Part shown: positions 32,945 to 47,192 of the stretch, one piece after another
Position numbering within the stretch: position 1 is the stretch's first letter
Layout: each line of letters begins with the position of its first letter
Assembly (NCBI RefSeq): GCF_000143415.4
Contig: NW_003314306.1
Location: 62,001-126,000, forward strand
Length of the DNA: 64,000 nt
From: Selaginella moellendorffii
Lineage: Eukaryota; Plantae; Lycopodiophyta
Direction: 5' to 3'
Program-made: the position numbers and the translations under genes
Notes under the pieces: model-generated
What the model was told of the DNA's origin: nothing
Database searches by the model: none
Seen by the model: only the letters and a program-made list of their open reading frames with translations

Positions 32945-35900
32945 ATGACAGCAATGGCGATGGCTGTGGAGGTGAGTGCCGCATTCTTGTCCTAGAATTT
33001 CTAGGTTTTGGAGCTCAGATCCGGCGCGCATTCTGTGAGCTCTGGGAATTTCGCGTCCCGGGAGTGAAATTGGCGGTGCTTGCTGTGTGATAGGAGGAGC
33101 AAGGAGGTGTGCTCGTTGCCGCCGGCGCTAATCCGAATGCCACCGACGCGGCGGAGGCAATGGAAGGTAGGATGATGGATAATTATCGTTTTGGTTTCAT
33201 GCTTGTTTCTCATCAGTTGTTAGCCAAGCCGAGACCGTTCCAGTGTCTGGAGAGAGCCGAGCAGCCGAGGATCCACTGTGTGGAAAATTCACTTGGCCGA
33301 TCGAGAATTTCTCCAAGATCACCATAAAAAAATACTACTCGGATCCTTTCGTCATCGGTGGATACAAATGGTACTGAATCTCAGCTCCTTTTTTTCGCGC
33401 TTGTTGATCTTTGTATGCAGGAGGATACTGGTGTTTACCCAAGGCAACAATGTGGATTGCCTTTCCATGTACTTGGATGTGGCGGATTCGGCAAGCCTTT
33501 CTTACGGCTGGAGCCGATTTGCACAGTTCAACTTGGCGGTTATCAACCAGTTTGATCCCAAGCTGAGCATCAGAAAAGGTGACATTCTTTTCTTGGAATC
33601 TTGATCAACGTTTTTATATCTTTTCAGATACTCAGCACCATTTTAACGCCAAGGAGAGTGACTGGGGGTTTACTTCTTTCATGCCTCTACATGATCTGTA
33701 TGATCCCGGTAGAGGATACCTTGTCAACGATACACTTATACTGGAGGCCGATGTTAACGTGCGGAAGATGATAGACAGTTTCTCTTACGACTCAAAGAAA
33801 GAGACGGGATTTGTAGGTCTGAAAAACCAAGGAGCTACTTGTTACATGAATTCTCTTTTACAGACACTGTATCACCTGCCATTTTTCCGAAAGGTAACCA
33901 TCTCGATTTTCTTGCTTGTTTTACAGTTATTCGTGTTGGCAGGCAGTATACCATATGCCAACAACGGAACATGATGTTCCATCCAGTAGTATACCACTGG
34001 CACTTCAAAGTTTGTTCTATAAGATCCAGTATAGCGACACGAGTGTTGCAACTAAAGATTTGACTAGATCGTTTGGTTGGGATACGTACGATTCGTTTAT
34101 GCAGCATGATGTGCAAGAATTGAACCGTGTTTTGTGCGAGAAGCTGGAGGATAAGATGAAGGTTTACTGCTATTTTCTTCACGTTAAATGTTTTCTAACA
34201 CCAAGCTCCACTACAGAGTACTGCTGTTGAAGGTACCATACAGCAGCTTTTCGAAGGCCACCATATGAATTATATTGAATGCATCAATGTGGACTACAAG
34301 TCCACTCGAAAGGAATCTTTTTATGGTTTGTTTCTGCATTTTCGGGAATTTCAGGCAATATTGTTAACCCGTTGGAATAACAGATTTGCAGCTTGATGTA
34401 AAAGGCTGCAAGGATGTTTATGCGTCGTTTGATAAGTACGTCGAGGTAGAGAAGCTCGAAGGGGATAACAAGTATCACGCTGAACAGCATGGCCTTCAGG
34501 TTTGTTTTTCGTGTTCCATGTCAAGAAGGTTTAATGGTTGTTTCTTTTAGGATGCACGCAAGGGCGTGCTCTTTGTGGATTTTCCCCCTGTTCTCCAGCT
34601 TCAACTCAAGCGGTTTGAATATGATTTTGTGCGAGACACAATGGTTAAGGTAATAGCTTGAACTACGTTGTGTTGGTGGATGGTTCCTAGTTCCATTCAC
34701 TGAATTTGGGCTGTTTATTGAACAGTGCCTAATTATGCTGGCAGATAAACGATCGCTACGAGTTTCCTCTGCAATTGGATTTAGATAAGGAGAACGGCAA
34801 ATATTTATCGCCGGATGCCGATAGAAGCGTGAGGAATTTGTACTCTTTGCATAGGTAAACATTGAATAGCTTATCCACGTAGTCTGATCCGGGTTTTGAT
34901 ATTCCAGCGTCTTGGTGCATAGTGGAGGTGTACACGGAGGGCACTACTACGCATTTATCAGACCAACTTTATCTGATCAGTGGTACTTTCAGATACTGAC
35001 TTAGGTAGTTAGTTTTGAATGCTAAAATGACGCTAGAAGTTGATCAGGTTTTCGGAACATTCTCGCTAAGTCTCGTTTCCTGGCAGGTATAAGTTTGACG
35101 ATGAACGCGTGACAAAAGAAGAAACCAAAAGAGTTCTCGAGGAGCAATATGGTGGAGAGGAGGAAGTATGTTTCTTGCTAATTTTTGTGCGATTTTTGCT
35201 AATGTGCTGCGCAGCTTCCACAGGCGAATCCTGGTTTCAACAACACTGCGTTCAAATTTACGAAGTACTCAAACGCTTATATGCTTGTTTACGTCCGAGA
35301 GTGCGATAAAGATCGGATAATTTGCAATGTGGACGAAATAGATATTGCAGAGCATTTACGGGTATGCTTATTATGATTTTCATTTGTGTTTTATAACTAT
35401 ATGGACTTCAGGTGAGGCTAAAACGGGAGTACGATGACAAAGAGAAAAAACGGAAAGAGAAGTCTGAAGCTCATTTGTACACTGTCATAAAGGTAGTCCA
35501 CCATTGTCTTTGATTTTGGTCTGTTGACGCTTTTACCAGGTAACGAGAGAAGACGATATTTCGGAACAAATAGGAAGAGACATTTTCTTTGATCTCGTTG
35601 ATCATGATAGAATTCACAGTTTTCGAGTTCTGAAGCAGCTGCCATTCGCAAAATTCAAGGTCTGTAGCCCAACGCTCTGCTGTCCGAAGTTTTTGACTTT
35701 GCGCTTTTAGGAGGAAGTTTCCAAGGAGTTCAACGTTCCCGTAAATTGCCAAAGGTTTTGGCTATGGGCTAAGCGTCAAAACCATACTTACCGTCCGAGC
35801 AGACCATTGAATGAGCAAGAGGAATCACAGATGGTTGGGAACATCAAAGAGACAGCAACAAACAAGACATACAATGGTGAACTGAGGCTGTTTTTGGAGA

Positions 35901-36646
35901 TTCAAAAGGCTCAAGTAAGGAAATGTTCGTCAGAGAAACTCACTTTAATGCTTCACGTGTGCAGGACACGTACATTCCATTATCTCCATCCGAGAAAACG
36001 AAGGATGATATCTTGCTTTTCCTGAAACTGTATATTCCGGATAAGGAAGATTTAAGGTATGTTTAGAACTATTTCTAATCCATCAAATTATTCTTTTTCC
36101 TGTTCAGATATGCGGGAAAGTTAATGGTGAAGGCCAATGGAAGAGCTGCGGACATCGTAGAAAAGCTGAATGAGATCGCGGGTTATCCATCTGGTGAAGA
36201 AATTCTACTGTTTGAGGTAGATAATGTTTTTATTCTATATTGATTTGCTTCATCATTGTTTTCGACAGGAAATTAAATTTGACCCGAATGTGATGTGCGA
36301 ACCAATTGACAAGAAACTTACGTTTCGAGACAGTCAGGTACGGGTAGAACTATTTTTATATTTGACCCTGATTGTACGTTTCTCAGTTGGAAGATGGTGA
36401 CATCATATGCTTCCAGAAGGCAGTAAGCAAAGAGGACTCGCAGCAATTGTCGCTTCCAAACGTTGCTATGTTTCTGGAGCATGTCCGCAGCCGTCAGGTC
36501 CATTCTCTCGTTGCTTCTTTCCTCCATTCTCTTCGTTGAAACTTACGCATTGTTCTTCACAGGTTCAAAGAACTTCACAAGCGCTAGCCGTGTCCAGAGC
36601 TCCTGGAGCCCGTGCTTTGTGCTGGCGAAGTCCACAAGTCCAATGA
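32945..36646 (+). CDS. UBP12: UBP12/UBP13 (USP7-like) deubiquitinase: MATH + USP + first UBL domains, C-terminally truncated
   Basis: MATH domain (DWGFTSFM), Cys box [22 protein letters not shown], His box [38 protein letters not shown] and FEEIKF. Homology ends at FLEHVRSRQ (36497); the next exon stops at 36646. Confidence 0.88.
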
Positions 36647-36679
36647 AACAACGCTGTTCACTCTTCTATAGGAGAAACA

Positions 36680-36705
36680 ACACACACACACACACACACA
36701 CACAC
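36680..36705. repeat. (CA)n microsatellite, about 12 units
   Basis: Read directly from the sequence. Confidence 0.95.
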
Positions 36706-37082
36706 GCGCTACTTATGCAATGCCAGCGGAGAATTCGATCGATCGAGCGAGAGTTTGTAAGGTTTGTGCGGACTAGGAGGAGAGAGGGCGAGAGATTTGC
36801 GACGGGAAAAAAAAAGGAAGGTTTGTTGTTTGTAGGAGGCGCGACGAGAACGACGATGTGAAGCTTGTGTAAGTTATATAGCTAACATCATCGACACTAT
36901 TGTGTAGCACAGATTTAATACACACAGGAAAGATTTATTCCATTGACAAGTAGCCGTTGGATGGCGACAATCTCGTTGCCATTCCAAAGTGGAAAGTAAC
37001 GGGTCTCGTGAACGGGCGGCCTGGATTATCACAGAATTATTTCGAACTCTTTTCTAGGTCGTGCTTCTCTCAGTGCGCAGCG

Positions 37083-38105
37083 ATGGCGGTGGAAGAGCGC
37101 AGCGGTGGCGGCATCGGGAGCAGGGAGATTTGGAGCAATGTGTCGAGGAAGGCCAAGGCGGCATTTGCAGATGATCGGAGCCGCGGGCGCGTCGGCAGCT
37201 GGTTTCACAATCGCGGTCGGGATCTTGAGACGCGGGAGCAAAATCTCTGCGAGGTAGGCCATGCAAGTGATGATCGAGTGGAGATTGAGTGAAATACCGC
37301 AGGAATTCTCGGCGAGAGCAGGATTTGAGAGCTCTGCGCCGCCGCTCCAGAAGAAGCTGGAAGCGTTTGCATCGAGCCTGTCGCAATTCGGCGGCTCAAT
37401 CGGCAAGGCGATCGAGGTATTTGGCAGATTCTTGGACAAAGCTAAGTTTCTCTCGTGTTTAATGGCAGGATGGTTTTACTAGAGTAGAAACGAAAGCTTC
37501 GAATCTCATGTCTATGAGAAGCCCGTCGCAGAAGCCGCGCAAAGAGGCCGCCGTGTTGCCACTGGATCCAACTCGCGAAGGAGAATTTGAGACTTTGGAC
37601 ATCCAGCATTCTCGAGAAGTAAGGTGAATTTGGAATGAAACATGGGAACAAGAGAACTAATCGATCTTCTCTTCTCAGGTGGTGGTGGAGCAGCAGGAGA
37701 TGAAAGCTCTTCGAGAGGAGCTCGAGTTCGCGTTGAGACGCATCGAGAAGCTGGAAGCGAACAACGAGAAGCTCGAGCAAGAGAACGAGAAGCTGGAGCA
37801 AGAGAACGCGAAGCTGATCGAGAAGCTCAAGCAACAGGCCGAGATAGCGATAATGGCAGAGGAGGACGATCTGGTAAGCAGTGATTGATGGCAAGTTCTC
37901 GAGTTTTCTTCTCTTTCGCTCACGAAGAACATCGTTTCTTCCTTTCGTTCTTCCCCAGGTGAGATCGCAAATGGAGAAACTCCACCAGGAAAAGTCGAGA
38001 CTGGCGAAGGAGAACGAGAACTTTGCGATCGAGATTCGCTGCTTGAGAGGATTGATGGAGTTCCATCAGCTAAGTTTGCAAGAAGTTCGTCTAAACGAGG
38101 AGTAA
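37083..38105 (+). CDS. Plant-specific coiled-coil protein of unknown function, multi-exon
   Basis: WSNVSRKAKAAF N-terminus, heptad-rich LEQENEKLEQEN region, and the C-terminal EDDL|VRSQMEKL..EKSRLAKEN..FHQLSLQEV motif that I recognise from a conserved plant coiled-coil family. Confidence 0.7.
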
Positions 38106-38692
38106 AGAGAACTAGAATGACGCGAAGAACAAAACCAAAGAAGAAGAAATAGTATAATTGTCCAGGGATTCGAGCCGCGGACCTGGACGAATATCTTTGT
38201 ACTGTTGGTATCGAACCTCGGACAGGCTGTGATTCTCGCAGGCCAGCCTGGTTTTTTGCGCTAGCTTGGTAGCTACCGGCTGACAGCTGTGAGGCAAATT
38301 AAACTAGCGATTAGCCCCTTACTGCGTAAGCCGCGTTCTAGGGTTTGTGTGAGCCGGGGCGCTAGGTCGTGCGCCATCGCCATCGCTCTCGTAGGTACGC
38401 TGGGATTTCAGGATCGATCGAGAGCACGGATTTGAGCTGCTGCGGGGCTTCGTGCCGGTCGATTCGGCTTGATTTGGCGTAGCCGCGCGCCAATGTGGGA
38501 GGGAGGCACGGGTTTTAGGCGTGGTTTTAGCGCGGGAATGCTCGCATTGGCGAGAAACGATGATCGGGGATCACTGGGAGGGATGTCAGGGGCTGGATCG
38601 GTTCGACGGAGGTTTTGTAGCTGGAATTCCGTGCTGATGAAGTGAACGATGAAGGCAAGCGCACCGTGGCCCCAGCAGAGTTTTTGGGTAAA

Positions 38693-41600
38693 ATGTCGCG
38701 GCATTCGTCGGCTTCTCATTTCCACAAGTCAAAGACGCTCAATGATAAATATGTGAGTTTTTCATTCTCCTTTTTTTGGTTTAGGGAGATCGTGATCATT
38801 TTCATTATCTTTTGTATCGTGCTGATCAGTTTTTCCTTCTTCTTTTGTATCGTGTAATTAAACAGATAATAGGAGATGAAATCGGGAAAGGTGCATATGG
38901 CAGAGTTTACAAAGGCTTGGACCTGGAAAATGGGGACTTTGTGGCAATTAAGCAGGTTTCTCTGGAGAACATCCCGCCAGAGGACCTCGCAAGCATCATG
39001 GTAAGATGGAAGCTACTCTCTTTCATTACGAACTCATGCCTTGTCAATGTATGTTTTGTAGCAAGAGATCGATTTGTTGAAGGTATGCAGTTTCTTGTTT
39101 TGGTAAAGATCTCATCTAATAATGTTCAAGCTTTTCAGAATCTAAACCATAAAAACATTGTCAAGTACAGGGGATCTATCAAGACCAAGACACATCTGTA
39201 TATCATTCTTGAGTAAGCTAACCGTCAATGTTAGCCTTGATTAGTGTGGTTTTCTCTGCAGGTATGTCGAGAATGGTTCTCTGGCTAGCATTGTTAAGCC
39301 GAACAAATTTGGCGCATTTCCAGAGTCACTTGTTGCCGTATACATTGCTCAGGCATGTATAAATTACAAAGAAGTGGAGTGCTAACTCGATATTCACAGG
39401 TCTTGGAAGGACTGGCATATCTTCATGAACAAGGTGTTATTCACAGAGACATTAAGGGGGCTAACATCCTCACGACGAAAGAGGTGTTTACTACTTGAGC
39501 CAGTGGCTTGCTTGCTAACATGTAGAGCTTTCAGGGATTCGTAAAACTTGCGGATTTTGGAGTTGCCACCAAATTAACTGAAGCTGACGTGAACACTCAC
39601 TCCGTTGTTGGGACTCCGTATTGGATGGCACCAGAGGTGCGTTTCACTGTGCGCGACCTTGTTTAATCTTGAACGATGCTTCTGTTAGGTAGTCGAAATG
39701 TCAGGAGTCAGTGCTTCGTCGGATATCTGGAGCGTTGGGTGTACTGTTATAGAACTGTTGACATGTGTGCCTCCTTACTATGATCTCCAGCCAATGCCTG
39801 CACTTTTTCGCATTGTCCAGGTATCTGTATTTTTTGTTTTCTGCTTGTTGTGCGAAAATATAAAATAATCACATGTTTGCAGGACGAACGACCTCCTATT
39901 CCTGAGCATCTCTCACCTGGATTGACAGATTTTCTGCACCAATGCTTTCAAAAAGTTCGCTCCCGATTGTCTTATAGTGGCAATACTGAAATCTGATTTC
40001 AGGATGCGAAGCTCCGTCCAGATGCCAAGACATTGCTGAAGCATTCCTGGATTCGTAATTCACGACGAGCTTTGCAAAACTCTCTTCGTTTGAGGTAAAT
40101 ACCTTTATGAGTTTGAGATGTACTTAAGCTTCTTTTTTTTGTGTAGCAATATCCCGCAAGATGTTTCTACGGTTTTGGAAAGAAGCATTGAAGATAGCAA
40201 AAAGGAAGACAGGAAGTCTTCATCACCTGAACCAGCGACATCCTTGGAGTTTGTCTTGGTAGTACTGAATTTCTGTCTCTTCTGTTGATGACACGTCTTG
40301 CTGGTTTAGGATGATGATGCAAAATCTCGTTCTCAAGAATTGGCGAGCGTATTGGTCACAAGTGAGGCAAATGGAACGAAAAGGAACAATGACTTGCTGG
40401 TTATTGACGAGTCGTCACAAACCGGGGATCAAGACGAGCCAGAGGGGAGCCTAAAAGCTCCCCGTCCTGTGGTCTTTCCTGGAACAGAGGAAACAATGGG
40501 AAGACCTGAAGCTGTTGAAAGATCTTTGACTCCCGAGAGACTGATGTCACCCCCTCAAGAAGTGGATGAAATGTTGCAGCATCCGAAAATGAACAGCAAA
40601 GATCTACCCACAGAGCCATCGCAGGTTTGTTTTTTTATTATATATTCATTCTGTTTGAATTTGCTCGTCTAACATTTGTGCTTTAGTCTGTGAAGGGTGT
40701 AACTTCAACTATTCGAGAGCTGAGTAAGTTCAGTGACACTCCAGCTGATGGAATTCTCGATGATCTGTTCGAAGATTTTCCTGCCAAAGTTGAACGGAAG
40801 GAAGATAAGTCACCTGCTCCTCTGGCAATTCCGAACAGTGGGAGAGACTCGTCAGCTCTAGTAAAGAAGCTGAACGATAAAATGGCTCGAAAACGAGCCG
40901 AAAATAAGAACGGAGAAACGAACTTTATAGCTATTGTGGATGCGGTTGAAGACGAAGACTTCGACAGCACTGGTTTGGTGAGTCTCAGGTATTTCCTGAC
41001 TGTGATAAAGTAGATTTTGATGCTTATACAGTTGCATTCAGGGTTTCGATGGCAATGTGGAAGGAAGAGACTACTATGGCAAACAGGTAGCATTCTCATT
41101 ACGTTGCAATGTCCTTACGTCTCACACTTCGGCAGGCTGTGGAAGTTACCCGATTGATTGGTCTATTGAAACCAGAGGAGCCCGAGGAAGCAATAGTTTC
41201 CACTTGTCAGAAACTCGTGTCCGTTTTTCGCGAATTTCCCGAGCAAAAATCTCATCTTATTCTGCAACATGGGATAATGCCATTGCTTGAAATGCTGGAG
41301 GTGAACAACAATCGAGTAAGCGTCTGGTTCTATCTGAAAATTTCTAATAAAGGCTTGCAGGTCATGCATGCAGTATTGCAACTTATTAACCAGATTGTCA
41401 AGGACAGTTCTGATATACAGGAAAATGCTTGTTTAGCTGGTTTGGTAAGTCTCTCTTTATCTAGCAATATATTATCGATACATGGTGCCTACAGATACCT
41501 GTTGTGATGAACTTTGCTGCGCCAGAAAAATCAAAGGAAATGCGTATGCAGGCTGCGTACTTTGTTCAACAAATGTGCAATAGCAGGTTATCTAGTTTTT

Positions 41601-43959
41601 TGCATTTCTTACTTGAAGGGACTAACATGTATATTGCAGTAATTTAACGCTGCAAATGTTCATAGCTTGCAGAGGCTTGCCTGTGCTCGTTGGTTTTCTA
41701 GAATCGGACTATGCGAAGTACAGGTAGTGTTTCTTCAAAACTTATGCAGGTTCTAACCTTGATTTTACAGAGAAATGGTCCATCTTGCGATTGACTGCAT
41801 GTGGCAAGTGTTTGAGCTAAAGAGTCCAACACCAAGGAACGATTTTTGTAGAATTTTCTCAAAGAGCGGCGTCCTTGTTCGACTTGTGAACACGCTTCAT
41901 AGCTTGAATGAGGCGGCGAGGCTGGCTTCTGCAAGTGGCGCAGGCAACTCGGCCATCGGTGGTGAAACTACGTCTCAGCGTTCACGTTCGGGACCTCTTG
42001 AACCATCTCGAGTGTATGCTGATCACATTCGTCCAAGATCCGGACAGCTGGATCCGCTGCGAGTTCGACATGACTTTCTCCGTCCGCCTACAGATTCTCC
42101 GAAGGCGCAGCAGCCACAGAAGTCTCCACTAGCGCAGCCTGAAAGCTCAAAGCAAGGCGAGTATAGTGGGGACGGGAAAGTACTGGGTCATAATCGACGT
42201 CGCTCATCATCACAAGAAAGAATGCCGCCGGAGGTGTCAGGAAGGACCGAGAAGACGGCAGAGAATCACTCCGATCAGTGGCATCTAGAAAATGGATCAG
42301 ACATGCCCCGGAAGTCGTATGAACAACTTCCTCCGCTTCTAAGTATGCTGGATAAAGAATCGACGAGGCCCGCTACTTCTGGTCGTGCAACAACAGAGAA
42401 GGCTGACAGCAGTTTCTTACCTCTCCTTCACCACTCTGGTGCAACGCGGAAGAACAACGGGGACCTCGAAACGTTGATGCGAGCATTTGCAGGTAATAAC
42501 CTTGTTTTTTTTATCGATTCTACTGACAGATTACATCCAGAGAAAGGTGATATTCGTGCGTTAGGACTCAGCCACGAAGGCAGCTCCTCAAATGGCCTGA
42601 CGACAAAGCAAACCTTACCTCAGCAGCCAACAGCTGAAATGACGGCGTCAACCTCTGGTTTAGTATCACAGTCGGCATCGGGTCTACTCTCGCTTTCTGG
42701 CGTCCTCAATGGAAGGCCCGGAAGCGCAACGTCTTCCGGCGTGCTTACAAGAATGACATCGACGCTAAATGCAGAAGTGGCGAGGGAGTATCTTGTCAAA
42801 GTTGCCGACCTGCTGCTGGAGTTTTCTCGCGCAGATACTGTTGTCAAGTCGTCGATGTGCAGCCTGAGCTTGTTGATCCGGCTGTTCACAATGCTCAGCA
42901 AACTGGAGCCTCCTATACTACTCAAGGTAAACACTTCTTTAGCCGAGTCTTCGCTCTATAACTGGCCTTGACTTTGCAGATATTGAAGTGCATCAGTCAG
43001 CTTTCGATGGATCCGTATACCCTTGAGCCACTCCAACGAGCTGACGCTATGAAACATCTAGTCCCGCTTCTGGAAGGACAATATACTTCGCAAATACACA
43101 ACCAGGTCCTCCAGTTCTAAGACCATCCGAGGCTTACAAATCTTTTGCCTGCTGCAGGTACTGAATGCTCTTTACAATCTATGCAAGATCAACAAAAGGA
43201 GACAAGAGCAAGCTGCTGAGTGTGGCATTATTCCTCACTTGCTACACTTCATCACCACAAACTCGCCATTGAAGAAGTTTGCGCTGCCGCTTCTATGCGA
43301 CATGGCTCACGCATCGCGGTATACCAGAGAGCAATTACGAGCTCACAAAGGCCTGGACGTGTACCTGAACCTTCTGGACGACGAGTTCTGGGCAGTCACA
43401 GCGCTGGATTCTCTGGCGGTGTGTTTGGCCCACGACAACGACCAGCGCAAGGTGGAATCGGCCTTGGTCAGGAAAGACTCGGTACAGAAGCTGGTGGCCT
43501 TCTTCCAGTCTTGCAGTGGCTCGTCTTTTGTACATATTTTGGAGCCCTTCTTGAAGATCATCACGTAAGTTCCATGCTTTGTGCTTTTATTTTCGTCTGA
43601 CCATTTTGATTTTTGGTGCAGGAAATCTCCACGACTCAACACGGCGCTTGCGGTGTCTGGATTAACTCCCCTGTTGGTTGGACGGCTCGATCATCAAGAT
43701 GCAATTGCGAGGCTCAACTTGCTAAAACTCATCAAGGTAATGGGTGAAACGTGGAGTTTTCTGGGAGTAAAACTAGTTCTTGCAGGCTGTATACGAGCAC
43801 CATCCCCGGCCCAAGCAACTGATTGTGGAGCATGATCTGCCCTCCAAGCTGCAAAAGCTGATCGAGGAACGCCACGGTGAGCGCTCGGGTGGCCAAGTTC
43901 TCGTCAAACAAATGGCTACAGCTCTGCTCAAAGCTCTCCACATCAACACTGTATTATAG
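38693..43959 (+). CDS. MAP3KE1: MAP3K epsilon (CDC15/Cdc7-like kinase with ARM-repeat C-terminus), many exons
   Basis: [12 protein letters not shown] start, [26 protein letters not shown] and [10 protein letters not shown]-terminal [19 protein letters not shown] and ALHINTVL* match the MAP3K-epsilon pattern. Confidence 0.93.
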
Positions 43960-46900
43960 TGATACAATTTACTCTATTAGGAACCTATTGTATGAGAGTT
44001 GAATCTTCTGTGGTAGAACTTCTTTGCAAAAAGTATAATAAATCTCATTCTATAATGTTTACACGGTAATATGGTGTTAATTTCTTGTGATTGATCACGA
44101 GAACTAAGAGGTAATATGGTGTCCATTTTTCATGATTGTAATCCTGATGGAGTCATTCAGAATATATGTCAAATTAACGAAAAAAAACCGGATATACTCA
44201 AAATATGCTTGTCTATTTTGGTATATTCTACCATTTATTCATCTTGTGTTTTATAGTTTGTATAATATATATTCTTCACAGTGTGGTGGGCAAGACAAGA
44301 AAGAGATACTTGTTCTAGACATTGTGACTAATACCATGGAACAGTGATGAAGTAAATTTGCTTATTGTTTATAGGTACTGATAAGCCACCATTTTGGACT
44401 ATGGCTGCACTTTCAAAACTTTTCTTTTTTCATTATTATTTATAAGCTTTCCTAAATCTATATTCTCACTTTTTCTACCATCTAATTTTTTATATGCAGT
44501 TAAATTAATTTTTTGTTTTTTATATTGTTTGTCTTAATAATAAGATTGTTTTTTTTGACAAAAAATTCAGTTCTAGTCATGTAAAAGCTGGTTTCTTTGG
44601 GCCAACTCCAAGTGAGCTGTTGGGACACAAGAAGTTTCTTATACTGAACGCTAGGTTATCTTCATTTTGTCTCTACAAACCAGAGCTTTTTAAACCTGAA
44701 GGTAATGCAACTTCGCTTTGTTCTCTCGGCCTTGCGAACAAGTCTGATCCAAGCCAGCATTTCTCAAACTTTCCAAACTGCTGCTGGACTGCAAACCTTT
44801 AGCTCCGGTCAAAGTGGAGTGGACCGCTTGCCAGGGACCCCAAGCTCGGACCCTGGCGTCTTTCCAAGTTGGCTCTTCGATCTGGACTCCTCCTTCGTGG
44901 ATTTGGAGGATCTTCTCCAAGGATCTCCCTAAATGAAGACAACAAACGCTACAAACTTGTTCGTGGTAGACAGTTTCATTGTCATCTCCCTCCCAGCTCA
45001 CTGAGCTGATGAAGTGCAGAACTGTTGGAAAAATAAACCATCTGCTATTTTCCCTACCCTAGCCTAGCTTGGAAATTGGCTAGGTGAATCATGTTTCTAT
45101 TGGATCCCATGGGAAGTGTCCGCAATTCTTAAAGAAGAAGAAGTCAAACGAAGAGCAACTTCTCCTCCTGCTGGTATGAAGTCGTGGTCGTTCATGTCGT
45201 GGTCGTTGGCGCAGATGACACAGACAGGCACACCCAGGGCATGGACGTGGTCGCTCTTCTCGCCCAAGGGTTCCACGGAAGATCTGACCACATGAGCGCC
45301 AGGAACCATTCCTGGTGTTTGAAATCCAGTATAACAATTAAGAAATGTTTCCTAGCAAAATTCTTCTCTTAAATGCACAACTGCAGCATGAACAACAATC
45401 TCTTTGTTTTTCTGCGTATTAGATATGTGTTAACTGATTTACTCTTTTTTAACGGTTCAATCTAGTAACAACATATTAGAATAAAATATGCTGTAGTAAA
45501 TAATGCATTGCAACGTGCAGAAAATTATTATTTATTTGTACAATCACAAACAATGTACTCATTATTTTATATATGATAAATTAAATGAAAAATTAAAATA
45601 GTAATAAGTTTATAATTTTTTATTTAGATATATTATAATAGTATACAAAGTATTTAAGTTTTCAAAAAAATTAAAGTTTTAAGTTTTAAGTATAGATATA
45701 TTAGCTCATTCACTTTTATTTATCCTATGAGATTTGAACTAACCTCCATTATCACTGCAAAGACGTTTAACAAGACAACCCGTTTGCACTTCTATCATGT
45801 GTTTCTAAGTACAAAAAGTTGGGACATCTGAGCAAGAACATAAAGAAAACACCGTTGAGAGTAATCAGGATTCCATATACACATAAGTATACATACTGAA
45901 TGGTGTATATACTAATTGCCTAAACAAAAAGATTTCCTAAAAGCAAAGCTAGAGTGCCACTGGCTCAAACAGTAGAAATATGGGAAGCGAAGCATTACAT
46001 CATCTAAACGGGCCCTTGTCTCTAAGTAGTGGAATTCTGACTTTCAGTGCATCAAGGTCGAAGGAGTGGAAGGAAGGCCAACTAGCAGAAAACCATTGAT
46101 CTCAACCGCTGTCAACTTCTTAAACTCTGACTAGCAATAATTGTTTGTCTATGAAAGTATATGACGAATTAAAAAATGAGGTTGCTATAGGATGATTTTT
46201 TACACATTAGTAAGGTATAAATATAGCAGAGAAGTAATATTGGTTTTGGAAATCTCTATCGTCTACTGAAGCCCTGCCCAATTGGACCAGGCCATGGCAG
46301 TTGATTTATGGAACGTACTTTAGATGGTTTTGATTGTTGATTTGAAGTTTACCATTTACTGGATGATTAAGGAAGGCACTAGAACCAGGACAATAATGTT
46401 CTTATTACCAAGCAGCTGGACTCCCAGGACTACTTGGGCTTCCCCCCGGGGAGTCCAGGCATTCCCGGGACTCCAGTGACCAAATTGCAAGACTCCCAAG
46501 ACTCGTGAAGTGAACAAATAACGTTGGGACCATGTGGGTTCCATGTGCTTCCGTTTTATGGTTCTGATTCTGAGATATATTTAGTTTCTAAAACTGTTTC
46601 TAGCAAGGTTTTATGGTTGATTTCGTCCGGTTTGCTCTAGTCGCTTAGATTGGCCACCCCGTTGCTAAGATAAATAAACTTTCTATCAATTCAGGAAAGC
46701 ATCCATACACACACACCCTTGATCTTGTGTCTGAGATGTTCCACAAGCTGCGCATCTTAATCACGAAGGAGCTTGTCTAGGGCCTTCATATGGAGCTTCC
46801 TTGTGCCTATGCTTACATTACAGCACCATAACCAACCAAGCCAGTAGCACTAAGAGCACGCTTGACTAGCTGGAGTACAAGGCTTGCAGCAGGATAAGAT

Positions 46901-47192
46901 TATGGGAAACTCTCAATGTGTCCAGTCAGATTCCCAGGGTCTATAGTGCCAGATTGACACACACAGCATTTGATGGTTGTCAAGTGGAAGTGAAATACAT
47001 CTGCAGCTAGTGGGCGGCATCTGCTTTTGTCAGGAAAAACATCTTCCTGGAAAGAATTCCTGGTATCCTGTACTAATCAGCCAAAGGAATCAGCTGCTAG
47101 TGTCCATAAATTTCTAAAAGAAGACGAGAGTTTAGCAATAGCGTTTAGTTTGGTTTGAGTACACAAGTTTAATTTAACTTTGTTTGGTTCCT

